Source: a virus
Lineage: Duplodnaviria; Caudoviricetes
Direction: 5' to 3' (one strand)
Length of the DNA stretch: 42,451 nucleotides
IMG/VR virus record: IMGVR_UViG_3300005259_000079
Location: 1-42,451 of that record
Shown here: positions 8,770 through 17,089 of the stretch, in pieces
Position numbering within the stretch: position 1 is the stretch's first letter
Layout of the letters: every line of letters starts with the position of its first letter
The notes under the pieces: generated by a model
The model's database searches: none
Told to the model about the DNA's origin: nothing
What the model saw: the letters and a program-made list of their open reading frames with translations, nothing else
Translations under genes and position numbers: made by a program

Positions 8770-9456
8770 ATGAAACAGGAGTTTATCAGAACGGGCAATA
8801 CCAAGCAATTCGAGGAAATGTGCGCTGAAATGACCGATCCGTCATCGCTGATCGGCCCCAGTCTGGCGATGGTGACCGGCCCTGCTGGGCGCGGAAAAAC
8901 CGAAGCCGCCAAGCATTATGCCGTCAATTCCGACGCCATCTATATTCCGCCCATGAATATCCGCACTCCCGCCATGATCTTGCGGGAAATCAGCTTTGAA
9001 TTGGCCGGAATGCGGCCTTCGCGGACGGATGCCTGTCTGAACATCATCGGCGACGAAATGCACAAGCGCCGCCGCCTGATCATGATCGATGAGGCGGATC
9101 TGCTTGAAATGAAATGTTTAGAAATGCTGCGCAACGTCAACGAACGGTTTGCCTGCCCAATCATGCTGATCGGTGAAGAAGAATTAAAAGGCCGGATCGG
9201 ATCACGCCGCAGACTGGTCAGCCGCATGCGCCGCCGGATGGAATTCGGACCAATCTCCAGGGAGGATATTCATTTCTTCCTTCAGGCATCACTGGGCGTG
9301 AAAGCCCCTGTGGACGTGACAGGGGCCATTCACAAGCACGCCAACGGCGATTGGCGGCCGGTATTGACCACGGCGATTTCCCTGGAACGCACCATGAAAG
9401 CCAGCGGCATCAATACAATTACGGTGGAGATGGTCCATGACGTTACAAAACAATAA
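8770..9456 (+). CDS. MuB-like AAA+ transposition ATPase
   Basis: Walker A GPAGRGKT, Walker B IMIDEAD; follows the transposase. Confidence 0.92.
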   Translation: MKQEFIRTGNTKQFEEMCAEMTDPSSLIGPSLAMVTGPAGRGKTEAAKHYAVNSDAIYIPPMNIRTPAMILREISFELAGMRPSRTDACLNIIGDEMHKRRRLIMIDEADLLEMKCLEMLRNVNERFACPIMLIGEEELKGRIGSRRRLVSRMRRRMEFGPISREDIHFFLQASLGVKAPVDVTGAIHKHANGDWRPVLTTAISLERTMKASGINTITVEMVHDVTKQ

Positions 9457-9994
9457 TTCAGGAAGCGCTCCCAAAACCGGCCTGGCCAAACGCATGCGTT
9501 CCTGGATGGCCGCGCGCACCGGCACAAAGAAACAGCGGCGCTTTACCATCGCGCAGATCTGCAGGGAACTGGATATTCAATCAGGGGCACAGCGTGAGCG
9601 GCTTGTCAATGCTCTGGGCGATTTTATCCGTCGCAAAGAACTTATTGCATATGAAGTAAAGCTTCACGGGCGACGATCACCATCGTACCTCGAAAGACAC
9701 AAACAGGTCATAAAACAATATCTTTACCAGCACGACTGGCAGGCCGAGCTCAAGGGCAGCATCAACCGTAAAATATACAAAGCCATGTATGTCAGTCATG
9801 AGTTTGCAGCATCCGATATCCAGCGCCTTACTGGCCTGAAGGATCGCGACTGGCTGGACAGAATAACCAAACAACTCAAGGACAGCGGGTATATTCAACA
9901 GATCCGTCGCCGGCGCTGCGCACATGGGGCGGGTGCGGAAAATATTTACAACATCGTCAACCGGGACAAATTCAAACTGGAGTTTTTGAGATGA
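9437..9994 (+). CDS. Hypothetical basic protein, probably tandem winged-helix
   Basis: FTIAQICRELDI and FAASDIQRLTGL...LKDSGYIQ wHTH-like segments; overlaps B stop. Confidence 0.7.
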   Translation: MTLQNNNSGSAPKTGLAKRMRSWMAARTGTKKQRRFTIAQICRELDIQSGAQRERLVNALGDFIRRKELIAYEVKLHGRRSPSYLERHKQVIKQYLYQHDWQAELKGSINRKIYKAMYVSHEFAASDIQRLTGLKDRDWLDRITKQLKDSGYIQQIRRRRCAHGAGAENIYNIVNRDKFKLEFLR

Positions 9995-10161
9995 AGGAAA
10001 AAACAATAATGATGACGATTGCGCTGTGTATGGCCTTTTTCGGATCTTTTGTTTTCTATGGCTTTAATCTTGAAGCACTTCGACATGGGCTTCTGGCTTC
10101 TTTATGGACCGGCTACGGAATATTTGCATCTTTTCTGTGTCATAAAAAGGAGCCTTTATAA
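9991..10161 (+). CDS. Small two-TM membrane protein, 56 aa (below ORF-track cutoff)
   Basis: ATGA overlap upstream and TAATG overlap downstream; MKEKTIMMTIALCMAFFGSFVFYGF...GLLASLWTGYGIFASFLC. Confidence 0.6.
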   Translation: MKEKTIMMTIALCMAFFGSFVFYGFNLEALRHGLLASLWTGYGIFASFLCHKKEPL

Positions 10162-10655
10162 TGAGTATCCAAACCATTCCCGGCACAGAATTTCCCTTCC
10201 CGGTCATCGAGCGCAAAGGCCCGCCTGTTCTTCATACCGATGCCGAACGCAAGCAGCGACGCGGGCTTCTGGCGAAAATCCACGTCGCCAAAAAGCAGAT
10301 GCTTCTCAACGACGGCGAATACGAAATGATGCTGCGCAGTTTCAAGGTGGCCACGGCAGCGGACATGACGCTCACCCAGCTGGAACTTTTTATCAAGCTG
10401 CTCAAGCATTACGGATGGAAACCGCAAACGGCAAACAAATCCGGAAAAGCGGCAGAACAGCTCAGCGCCTTGCGCCGCCGCTGTGTTGAGGCCGCATCCA
10501 GGATTGAAAACGGCGATAAGCGTCTGGCCGGTCTGGCCATGAAGATCTGCGGTACCTCTCAGCTATCATGGTGCCGGGATATCAAAAAGCTTGAACGGCT
10601 GCTGGCCGTTTTAGGGAAAATAATCGAAGGAGGAGACAATGCCCAACACGACTAA
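10161..10655 (+). CDS. gemA: GemA / Mu gp16 family protein (DUF1018)
   Basis: RRGLLAKIHVAKKQM.L.D.EY..ML.......A.DMT..QL.......L..YGW signature. Confidence 0.88.
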   Translation: MSIQTIPGTEFPFPVIERKGPPVLHTDAERKQRRGLLAKIHVAKKQMLLNDGEYEMMLRSFKVATAADMTLTQLELFIKLLKHYGWKPQTANKSGKAAEQLSALRRRCVEAASRIENGDKRLAGLAMKICGTSQLSWCRDIKKLERLLAVLGKIIEGGDNAQHD

Positions 10656-11052
10656 AATCAACGAAATCGACAGCAATGAATACCGGCAGCGCCTGTTATC
10701 ACAGCTCACTAGCCACATCGGAGAGGCCAACGCCATCGGCATGCCCGCACTTTACCAGGCCGTTTACGGTTGCTCCTGGGATGATCGGGTAAACGATACC
10801 CGAGCCATCCGGCACCTCATCACCCGGATGCGCATGGAAGGCGTTCCGATCTGCTCGGTATCATCGGCACCGGGAGGTTATTACCTGGCCGCAGCGGGCA
10901 GCGAATTCGAGGATTATATGAAACGCTATGAGCGCCGGGCACTGAAGATCCTAAAGACCCTGGCCAGAATGAAAAAAACCAGCCTGCCCAATTACCTGGG
11001 ACAGCTCAAACTGAATATGGAGAGCACCACAGATGGCGAAGCGCATAGGTAA
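10639..11052 (+). CDS. Winged-helix hypothetical protein
   Basis: HIGEANAI...R.IR.LI..MR.EG.PICS....GGYYLA; SD GGAGGAG. Confidence 0.75.
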   Translation: MPNTTKINEIDSNEYRQRLLSQLTSHIGEANAIGMPALYQAVYGCSWDDRVNDTRAIRHLITRMRMEGVPICSVSSAPGGYYLAAAGSEFEDYMKRYERRALKILKTLARMKKTSLPNYLGQLKLNMESTTDGEAHR

Positions 11053-11569
11053 AACCAAAGCATCTTCAGCAGCGAGCCGCGATATCGCGGAGATTATGGC
11101 CGCTGAACTAATGATTATTCTCGGCGCTATTTCGCGCGACATTGCCGCCCTTGAGGCCCAGGCAAACGAACAAATGAAAGCCATTGCGGATGATTTTAAT
11201 GCGCGCCTTACGCCTCTCAGGGCGGAGCAAGCCATCCGGGACAAGGAATTGATCGGCCTCATGAAAAAAAACAAAGGCATCCTTTTCGACGGCACCGATG
11301 TCGTCAATCTGCTGCCGGGCAGCCTGATTCGGAACATGGCCGACCATGTCAGCATCCCGCGCGATGCGCTCCAGGCGTGCAAAGATAATCAGTTTACCGA
11401 CGTTATCAAAACCGTCGAGTCCCTGGACCGGGAAGCTATAGAAAAATGGACGGATAACCAGCTGAGCCTGATCGGCGCGGAGCGTAAACCGAAAGAAGAA
11501 TTTAAATATAACCTAAAAAAGGATGAATCACAGGAGGATAAAGATGGATCGGAAATATTACCTGGTTGA
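11033..11569 (+). CDS. gam: Gam-like host-nuclease inhibitor
   Basis: N-terminal coiled coil, then IKTVESLDREAI.....QL..IG.E....EEF.Y Gam-type C-terminus; Mu semi-essential region. Confidence 0.75.
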   Translation: MAKRIGKTKASSAASRDIAEIMAAELMIILGAISRDIAALEAQANEQMKAIADDFNARLTPLRAEQAIRDKELIGLMKKNKGILFDGTDVVNLLPGSLIRNMADHVSIPRDALQACKDNQFTDVIKTVESLDREAIEKWTDNQLSLIGAERKPKEEFKYNLKKDESQEDKDGSEILPG

Positions 11570-12050
11570 TCCAAACGGCAAAAGCATGGAGGCCATTAAA
11601 GAATGGCAAAGGATGAAAATTGCGGCAATTGAAGCCGCTAAAAACATAGCTCTGGAATTCGGCGCTGATACTGAAGTTATTACCCGGGGCAATTTTGTTG
11701 CTGCTTTTCAATTCAAGTCTGATCCCGGCCGCGCATGGCGGCCAATTTCCAAAATTGGTGAATTCTTGCATTGCTACACACCGGATCTGCGCAAAAAAGC
11801 AGGAAAGGCCATATTCAATAGATTATCAGCCATCCGTATGCCGGGATCTGAAGATTTTGCCAAATTAATCGGTGGCGGATTTTTTATCGTTTGCGGAAAC
11901 CAATGGGGATCAATCAGTTTCCAGAAGTTTGACGATAAATACGTCATCTCCATGCCCATAGGGGACCGCGACAATGCCGACGCCGCCTTTGTCCCGCCCG
12001 ACACAACCCCGCTTAAGCTTTCGGAATATTACGCCCTGAAAGGAGAATGA
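11544..12050 (+). CDS. Early hypothetical protein
   Basis: SD AGGAGG then ATG 11544; coupled in the operon. Confidence 0.7.
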   Translation: MDRKYYLVDPNGKSMEAIKEWQRMKIAAIEAAKNIALEFGADTEVITRGNFVAAFQFKSDPGRAWRPISKIGEFLHCYTPDLRKKAGKAIFNRLSAIRMPGSEDFAKLIGGGFFIVCGNQWGSISFQKFDDKYVISMPIGDRDNADAAFVPPDTTPLKLSEYYALKGE

Positions 12051-12053
12051 AAC

Positions 12054-12458
12054 GTGACACAGGAGAAAAAAACAAATCATTGCACGGCGACCGGCGCTTG
12101 TTTGGAAGATTCGGATGGCTGCTATCATCGAAAATACTCGCCCGGCATGGGCGCTTGTCTGTTCGGCATCCGGGAATCAAAAAAATGCATATCCCCTTTT
12201 GCCCTGAAGGAAGCCCGAGACGCTCAGGATAATGAAATAGTGGATGCCGTATTTAACTTTTGCGCGCCCGATGGTTCTTGCACGGCTGATGCGGCGCAGG
12301 AAAAGCTATGCGCCCACAATCCACAGGTTGCGTTGAAGGCACTTTGTCCGGAGCGCGCCTGGTGCGATGTCTGCTGCTCGGCGGATGCGCGTCGCGCCGT
12401 CCGGAACGTGTCGCAGGTAGCCGCAGGCGCAGTCCAAGCAGCGGAGGCGACGGCATGA
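12054..12458 (+). CDS. Cys-rich hypothetical protein
   Basis: GTG start after AGGAG; many Cys in two similar halves. Confidence 0.55.
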   Translation: MTQEKKTNHCTATGACLEDSDGCYHRKYSPGMGACLFGIRESKKCISPFALKEARDAQDNEIVDAVFNFCAPDGSCTADAAQEKLCAHNPQVALKALCPERAWCDVCCSADARRAVRNVSQVAAGAVQAAEATA

Positions 12459-12568
12459 TGGACGTCACACAGATCTGCATCCTGATCCTGAGCGGCGCGG
12501 CGATCTGGCTGGTGGGCCGACTGCGAAGTCCGTGTGAAAACGGCAAAAGGCGGATGGGCAAACGTTAA
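12455..12568 (+). CDS. 37-aa single-TM peptide, possibly a truncated membrane-protein remnant
   Basis: GGAGG SD, ATGA overlap; MMDVTQICILILSGAAIWLVGR then a basic tail. Confidence 0.45.
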   Translation: MMDVTQICILILSGAAIWLVGRLRSPCENGKRRMGKR

Positions 12569-12579
12569 GGAGAATAAAC

Positions 12580-12822
12580 ATGGCAAATCGTAAGCGCACA
12601 AAAGAATCATGCTTCCGCTGTCGCGCCCTGCATGTCGGCTCGGCGGGTGCCGATTGCATGCTGGGTGAGCCGCTGTCCGTATCAGACGCCGGGTTTTATT
12701 GTCCGGGTATAGGTGTGCGTTGCTTCAAACCGTTGACGCGAGAGGCACTGATTGAAGCGCAATCCATTACAAAGTTGGCTAAGGAAAATAATAAACAAAT
12801 GTCCCTTTTGGAGATAGGATAA
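12580..12822 (+). CDS. Cys-containing hypothetical protein
   Basis: CxxC plus C.LG and C.KP; SD AAGGAG. Confidence 0.65.
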   Translation: MANRKRTKESCFRCRALHVGSAGADCMLGEPLSVSDAGFYCPGIGVRCFKPLTREALIEAQSITKLAKENNKQMSLLEIG

Positions 12823-12827
12823 AAAGC

Positions 12828-13019
12828 ATGGGAGTTAAATTATTCGATGTCACAAAACAATATGCCTGCACGGAAATCCACCGGCTGGAATCCCTGCGTG
12901 AGTTGGCAATCACATTGGAAGATATCTATGATGAACTTGAGGAGCCGATCTTGGTGGTTGCCTCAAAACACATCAATGAATTTATCGACAACCTGGTCGA
13001 ACAGGATAAGCAGCCATGA
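12828..13019 (+). CDS. Hypothetical protein
   Basis: Fills the operon gap; ATGA overlap with next gene. Confidence 0.55.
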   Translation: MGVKLFDVTKQYACTEIHRLESLRELAITLEDIYDELEEPILVVASKHINEFIDNLVEQDKQP

Positions 13020-13420
13020 CCAAAGAAGACTGGGCCAGAGCAGAAGAAACGTTGAAAAGGCAATATCGCATCGTGATGCTGGATTGTGATGGTTACAGGG
13101 TATCACTAACGTTGGAGCAGAGTAGTCAGTTTAAGTTGAGCATTACCGTTTACGTCAATGGGTGTATTAAGGGCGAATGGTTTGTTCGTGGAAACCAATC
13201 CGAAGAAGCCCGACGCTTTTTCCCAACGAAATACATCATCGCTTTTACGGCGAAAGAAAAGAAGTCTTGGTCGAAAATATTCAGTAAAAAAGAATTGAAA
13301 GAACGGAATATCAACCTCAACGCAAGGAGCGAATATAAAGGATCTAGCTGGTCATCATTCACTGCGCTCAAACGGCATTTCATCAAGCACAACAAAGAAA
13401 TCAAACTCATCGAGGCATGA
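13016..13420 (+). CDS. Conserved phage hypothetical protein
   Basis: MTKEDW...L.CDGY.V.L......VYVNG.IKGEW...W.SF..LKRH pattern seen in Mu-like early regions. Confidence 0.75.
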   Translation: MTKEDWARAEETLKRQYRIVMLDCDGYRVSLTLEQSSQFKLSITVYVNGCIKGEWFVRGNQSEEARRFFPTKYIIAFTAKEKKSWSKIFSKKELKERNINLNARSEYKGSSWSSFTALKRHFIKHNKEIKLIEA

Positions 13421-13421
13421 C

Positions 13422-14090
13422 ATGGGATTCAACTGTTATCACTGCCACAAGGAATTAGACATCATGACCATTCAAATGGAAGAAGATCTGCGATTTGTAT
13501 TTCAGGCGCTGCCGAGCTTCGGTACGCGATATTCTCACCTGGTGATGGGCTACTGCCAGCTTTTCGGCGTTACGCCTTTTACCATCAAGTCAAAGAAGCT
13601 GCGACTTCTTATTGATGAAATGAAGCGTCTGTTTGAGAGCCAGAAATTCAGCTACCAGAAAAAGACATACGCAATCAGCCACGCCGGGATCGGAGAGGCG
13701 CTGGATGTAATGATCAAGAGACACTGGAATGAACCGCTGGACGGGCACAATTACCTCAAGAAGGTGATGATCACGATATCTGAGCGGGAAGAAAAAGACG
13801 GATCTCGGAAAGCGGATGCGGACACGCGCAAGCGCGAAGATCGGGAGCGGTCGGTGGCCGCGAGCCAGGAAAAGAATTGCAATTGCAATTATGCTGACGC
13901 ATGGCGATGTGCGAAGGATCAGAATCTTCCCGGAAAGATCGCATGTGACTGTCATTGCCACAAACGCCGCAGCTCCATGCCCTCTATCTCGGAAGGGGAT
14001 GGGAATGAGTTCACGGGATCGGGAATTACCGAAGAACAGCGCCGTCACAATCTGACCCGCGTTGGCGAAATCATTAAAAGCATCGGGTGA
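13422..14090 (+). CDS. Hypothetical protein with N-terminal CxxC and an internal Cys/His cluster
   Basis: FNCYHC; PL.GHNYLKKV; CNC...WRC...CDCHCH. Confidence 0.75.
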   Translation: MGFNCYHCHKELDIMTIQMEEDLRFVFQALPSFGTRYSHLVMGYCQLFGVTPFTIKSKKLRLLIDEMKRLFESQKFSYQKKTYAISHAGIGEALDVMIKRHWNEPLDGHNYLKKVMITISEREEKDGSRKADADTRKREDRERSVAASQEKNCNCNYADAWRCAKDQNLPGKIACDCHCHKRRSSMPSISEGDGNEFTGSGITEEQRRHNLTRVGEIIKSIG

Positions 14091-14094
14091 TGAA

Positions 14095-14661
14095 ATGGAT
14101 CCGGAAGCCGCCCTGGAAACCTTTACATGTGAAAAGTACCGCTGTGTGCTCACCCGCAAAGCCTGTGCCGAGCGCCGGGTGGCACGGCTGATTATCGGCC
14201 GGAATAAACGGCCCACTTATCCCGGCTGTCAGGAATGCGATCAGGGTAAAGAGAGGGCGAATGGCATCAGCACGGATCATATTTTACCGCGCTTATATGG
14301 CCGGAATAATAATACTCAAACACAAGGAGGAACGATCATGGGTCATCCGAACAAAATCGATAACGAAAAATTGAAGGCCATGCTGGCGGAAGGGAAATTT
14401 ACAAACGATATCGCTGCAACATTCGGCTGTGTTGAAAGTGCGGTCAATACAAGAATCCAGCGGCTCGGCCTGAAGCCGAACTATCGCCGGAAGCGAAATG
14501 ACGGAGCCGAGAATAAAGACGCGCCCGCTCCCGGATCTGTGCGTCAACCGGGAACTGATTTAAACTACAACCCGTCATCAGGCGCATGCGGCCAGGTTAT
14601 CCCGCTCACCCTGCGCCTGAATGTGGAAGTCAATGTTCGTGTCAGCACGGAGAGGGGATAG
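14095..14661 (+). CDS. Zn-binding plus HTH protein with an in-frame internal start at 14338
   Basis: C.KYRC..C..CQEC N-terminal part; AAGGAGG SD before ATG 14338; LKAMLAEG...DIAATFG...AV..RI.RLGL HTH. Confidence 0.65.
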   Translation: MDPEAALETFTCEKYRCVLTRKACAERRVARLIIGRNKRPTYPGCQECDQGKERANGISTDHILPRLYGRNNNTQTQGGTIMGHPNKIDNEKLKAMLAEGKFTNDIAATFGCVESAVNTRIQRLGLKPNYRRKRNDGAENKDAPAPGSVRQPGTDLNYNPSSGACGQVIPLTLRLNVEVNVRVSTERG

Positions 14662-14847
14662 ATGTCTTTAAACCCCGGTTACAAAGTCAAGGCGACGCGG
14701 CAGAAGATGGACTGTAAGCCAGGCCCGGCATTCATCTGCCCGGTTTGTCGCCGAACAATTCTGGAGGCCGAGGCCAAGCGCTTCCGAATTAAATGCAATC
14801 ACTGTGGCCATTGGGTTTATGCAGAGCGTCAATCCGACGCTGCATAA
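14662..14847 (+). CDS. com: Com-like C4 zinc-ribbon RNA-binding protein
   Basis: CPVCRRTILEA....RIKCNHC matches the Mu Com pattern CxxC.xLL.A...xI.CxxC; 61 aa; last early gene. Confidence 0.7.
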   Translation: MSLNPGYKVKATRQKMDCKPGPAFICPVCRRTILEAEAKRFRIKCNHCGHWVYAERQSDAA

Positions 14848-14854
14848 CCTCCTG

Positions 14855-14881
14855 AATGCGGCCTATTGGGCCGCATTTTTT
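14855..14881 (+). terminator. Intrinsic terminator ending the early operon
   Basis: AATGCGGCCT-ATT-GGGCCGCATT then T-run. Confidence 0.8.
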
Positions 14882-14886
14882 ATTCC

Positions 14887-14916
14887 TTGACGGCCCTTCC
14901 CGTTATGAACTAATCT
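14887..14916 (+). promoter_or_regulatory. sigma70 promoter of the moron
   Basis: TTGACG 14887-14892, 18 bp, TAATCT 14911-14916. Confidence 0.55.
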
Positions 14917-14923
14917 CTTTTTA

Positions 14924-15090
14924 CTATTAAACGCATCGGCTTATCCGCGCCCGTCAGAGCGGAACACTATTCGTGTATTTAAGTTTCCGCTCTGGCGGGC
15001 CGATAGGGCCTAATAAAACACTCCACAAGAGAAATAAGCCCAGTCGAATGCGTTCGATAGTTGAGACCCGCCGCCAGAGGCGGAAATTTT
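14924..15090 (+). ncRNA. C4/CI-like structured leader with alternative pairings
   Basis: 16-bp stem 14949-14964/14985-15000; competing pairing 14984-14998/15071-15086; short complements 14938-14944/15034-15040 and 14930-14936/15048-15054. Confidence 0.6.
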
Positions 15091-15106
15091 ATTCATAGGA
15101 GTACAT

Positions 15107-15412
15107 ATGCAACAGGAAACACATCACACCAAAGAAGAAGCCGCGAATTCTGTTAACTCCAGTACATCACCGCCTGCAGCAGATCCAATGGATAGCATCG
15201 TCGTACCTGCTATGGGAATTATGGACGTCCGTGACAATCTCCAGCAGTTAGCCGGCGTATCGTTTATGATGGCGGAGCTTACCTCGGACGCTCATCAGAA
15301 GGAATCATCACCATATGCCATTTTAAATTCGTATTTCATGCGGGCGCATCAATCCCTGATTAAGGCCTCACTAGACTTGGGCCACGCCCTTGAGAGGTCT
15401 CGGGCGCTTTGA
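15107..15412 (+). CDS. Hypothetical protein (moron behind the C4-like leader)
   Basis: SD AGGAG; flanked by its own promoter and terminator. Confidence 0.65.
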   Translation: MQQETHHTKEEAANSVNSSTSPPAADPMDSIVVPAMGIMDVRDNLQQLAGVSFMMAELTSDAHQKESSPYAILNSYFMRAHQSLIKASLDLGHALERSRAL

Positions 15413-15429
15413 TTGATGCAGAATTTTTG

Positions 15430-15464
15430 AGGCGGCAAACCCAACGGTTTTGCCGCCTTTTTTT
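15430..15464 (+). terminator. Intrinsic terminator of the moron
   Basis: AGGCGGCAAA/TTTGCCGCCT stem followed by T-run. Confidence 0.8.
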
Positions 15465-15599
15465 GGCCCTTTTCTTGCTTTGAAAAATGTAAAAACTTTT
15501 CTATATGACATAAAAAAAAATAATTTGCAAATTTTGCTTGATTTTCGAAATTTTTTGGTGTAGATGTCTTATCCAGTTAGTTGATCTTTGTATTTATCA

Positions 15600-15699
15600 G
15601 GCGCTTTAAGCGCCCATAAGAACACGTTAGGCTCATGAAGCCCGGTTGTTTGTAAGGAAGAGTTTGAAACCGTTCCCTACAGGCAGCCGGGTTTTTTTT
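15600..15699 (+). promoter_or_regulatory. Late-operon leader: two small hairpins and an overlapping intrinsic terminator (attenuator)
   Basis: GGCGCT-TTA-AGCGCC 15600-15614; GGCT-CATGA-AGCC 15630-15642; ~22-bp stem 15638-15659/15673-15694 with T8 at 15692-15699. Confidence 0.7.
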
Positions 15700-15741
15700 G
15701 TTTTGCAACCTTTAGGTTGTTTTTCACACAGGAGAACATCG

Positions 15742-16218
15742 ATGGCATCACGCAAAATCAGCGATTTAACACCATCCATGCAGGCCAAGTTCAAAAGGTT
15801 TGCAGCGCTCATGCTGCAAAAGGGCATTCCCTTCACCGTGACGTGCACCGCCCGCACGGTGGACGAGCAGGCGGCTTTGTATGCCCAGGGACGGAAAAAC
15901 CTGTTGTCCGTCAACGTGCTGCGAAATATGGCCGGACTGCCGGCGCTCACATCTGAAGCGCAAAACAAAATCGTCACGTGGACGCTGGCCTCCAAGCACA
16001 TCATCGACCTGAATGACGGAAGACCCGGCAATGATCAATCCCGCGCTTTCGATATCGCCATCACGCCCGGCGGAAAACCGGTCTGGGACGTCAAGGTCGA
16101 CGTCAACCAGGATCATATACCCGACTATATTCAGGCCGGAGAAATCGGTGAATCCGTAGGCCTGCGCTGGGGTGGGCGATTTGCAAAGCCGGACTATGCA
16201 CATTTTGAAGATTTATAA
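15742..16218 (+). CDS. Endolysin, M15 family (L-Ala-D-Glu-type) peptidase
   Basis: T.RT..EQ.ALYAQGR, SKH, AFDI, GLRWGG.F...D..HFE; true start ATG 15742 after AGGAG. Confidence 0.9.
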   Translation: MASRKISDLTPSMQAKFKRFAALMLQKGIPFTVTCTARTVDEQAALYAQGRKNLLSVNVLRNMAGLPALTSEAQNKIVTWTLASKHIIDLNDGRPGNDQSRAFDIAITPGGKPVWDVKVDVNQDHIPDYIQAGEIGESVGLRWGGRFAKPDYAHFEDL

Positions 16219-16300
16219 ACTCCTGTGAAAGGTTCCGGGTGGACTGACGGTAGCCATAGCCGCCACAAAGCCCGGAACCGCGACAGGTAAGGAGGTTGAT

Positions 16301-16852
16301 ATGGAAAGCAGTATTCTCAAAAAAATAGCCGACGGCATTGTCGATTATGCCCCCGAACTCGCTAAAATCCTGACCGCCACAGGCGTTGGCGCACCCGCAG
16401 GCGCGGCGCTCGAAGTCATCAGCTCTCTGGGGAAAGCATTCGGCCTGGGCGCTCAGGCGTCGCCCGATGCCGTTCATGCCGCCATCGCCTCCGACCCGCA
16501 GATTGCGCTGAAGTCCGTCATGGCCGAACAAGATTATGCGCTCAAGCAAAAAGATCAGGAACTCGAGGAGCTCAAGATTCGACTGTCGGATGTACAGTCT
16601 GCGCGTCAGCGGGAGGCCACCGTCAAAGACAACGTCAATAAGATTTTGGCTTATATTATCGTGGGGGCCTTCATCGCGCTGATCGCCGGCACACTGTTGG
16701 GATATGCCAAAGTCGAAAGCGCCCTGGCGGGCACTCTGGTCGGCTACATATCCGCAAAATGCGAACAGGTGCTGGCTTATTATTTCGGCAGTTCCAAAAG
16801 CAGCGACAAAAAGACAGACCTGCTGGCCAAAGCCGCCCCTATCAAGGATTAA
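16301..16852 (+). CDS. Holin-like membrane protein
   Basis: Follows endolysin; D.QSAR.RE then two TM segments ending YYFGSS.SS..K. Confidence 0.75.
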   Translation: MESSILKKIADGIVDYAPELAKILTATGVGAPAGAALEVISSLGKAFGLGAQASPDAVHAAIASDPQIALKSVMAEQDYALKQKDQELEELKIRLSDVQSARQREATVKDNVNKILAYIIVGAFIALIAGTLLGYAKVESALAGTLVGYISAKCEQVLAYYFGSSKSSDKKTDLLAKAAPIKD

Positions 16853-16855
16853 CGC

Positions 16856-17089
16856 ATGGCTGACGAACTCGACAGAGCCCAAGCGGCAAGCGAAGTTTAC
16901 GAAAATGCGGCAATGCGATCGCATAGTGCGCGACGATTTTCCCCCTCACCCCACCCCTCTCCCGCAAGGGGCGAGGGAGTGAAATGTGAAGACTGCGATA
17001 AGCCCATTCCCGCCGCTCGTTTAAAAGCCAATCCGGCCGCTACCCGCTGCGTGTCCTGTCAGACAAAATTCGAGTGTGGAGGCCATTGA
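16856..17089 (+). CDS. TraR/DksA C4-type zinc-finger protein
   Basis: MADELDRAQ...CEDC.KPIP.ARL.A.P...RCVSCQ; carries an in-frame palindrome insert at about 16940-16980. Confidence 0.9.
   Translation: MADELDRAQAASEVYENAAMRSHSARRFSPSPHPSPARGEGVKCEDCDKPIPAARLKANPAATRCVSCQTKFECGGH

Noticed and set aside
15646-15741. Longer N-terminus for the endolysin
   Set aside because: Runs through the terminator hairpin; the SD supports ATG 15742.
16231-16279. Possible hammerhead ribozyme (CUGACGG inside a stem)
   Set aside because: Lacks the CUGANGA and GAAA core; treated as a translational hairpin.
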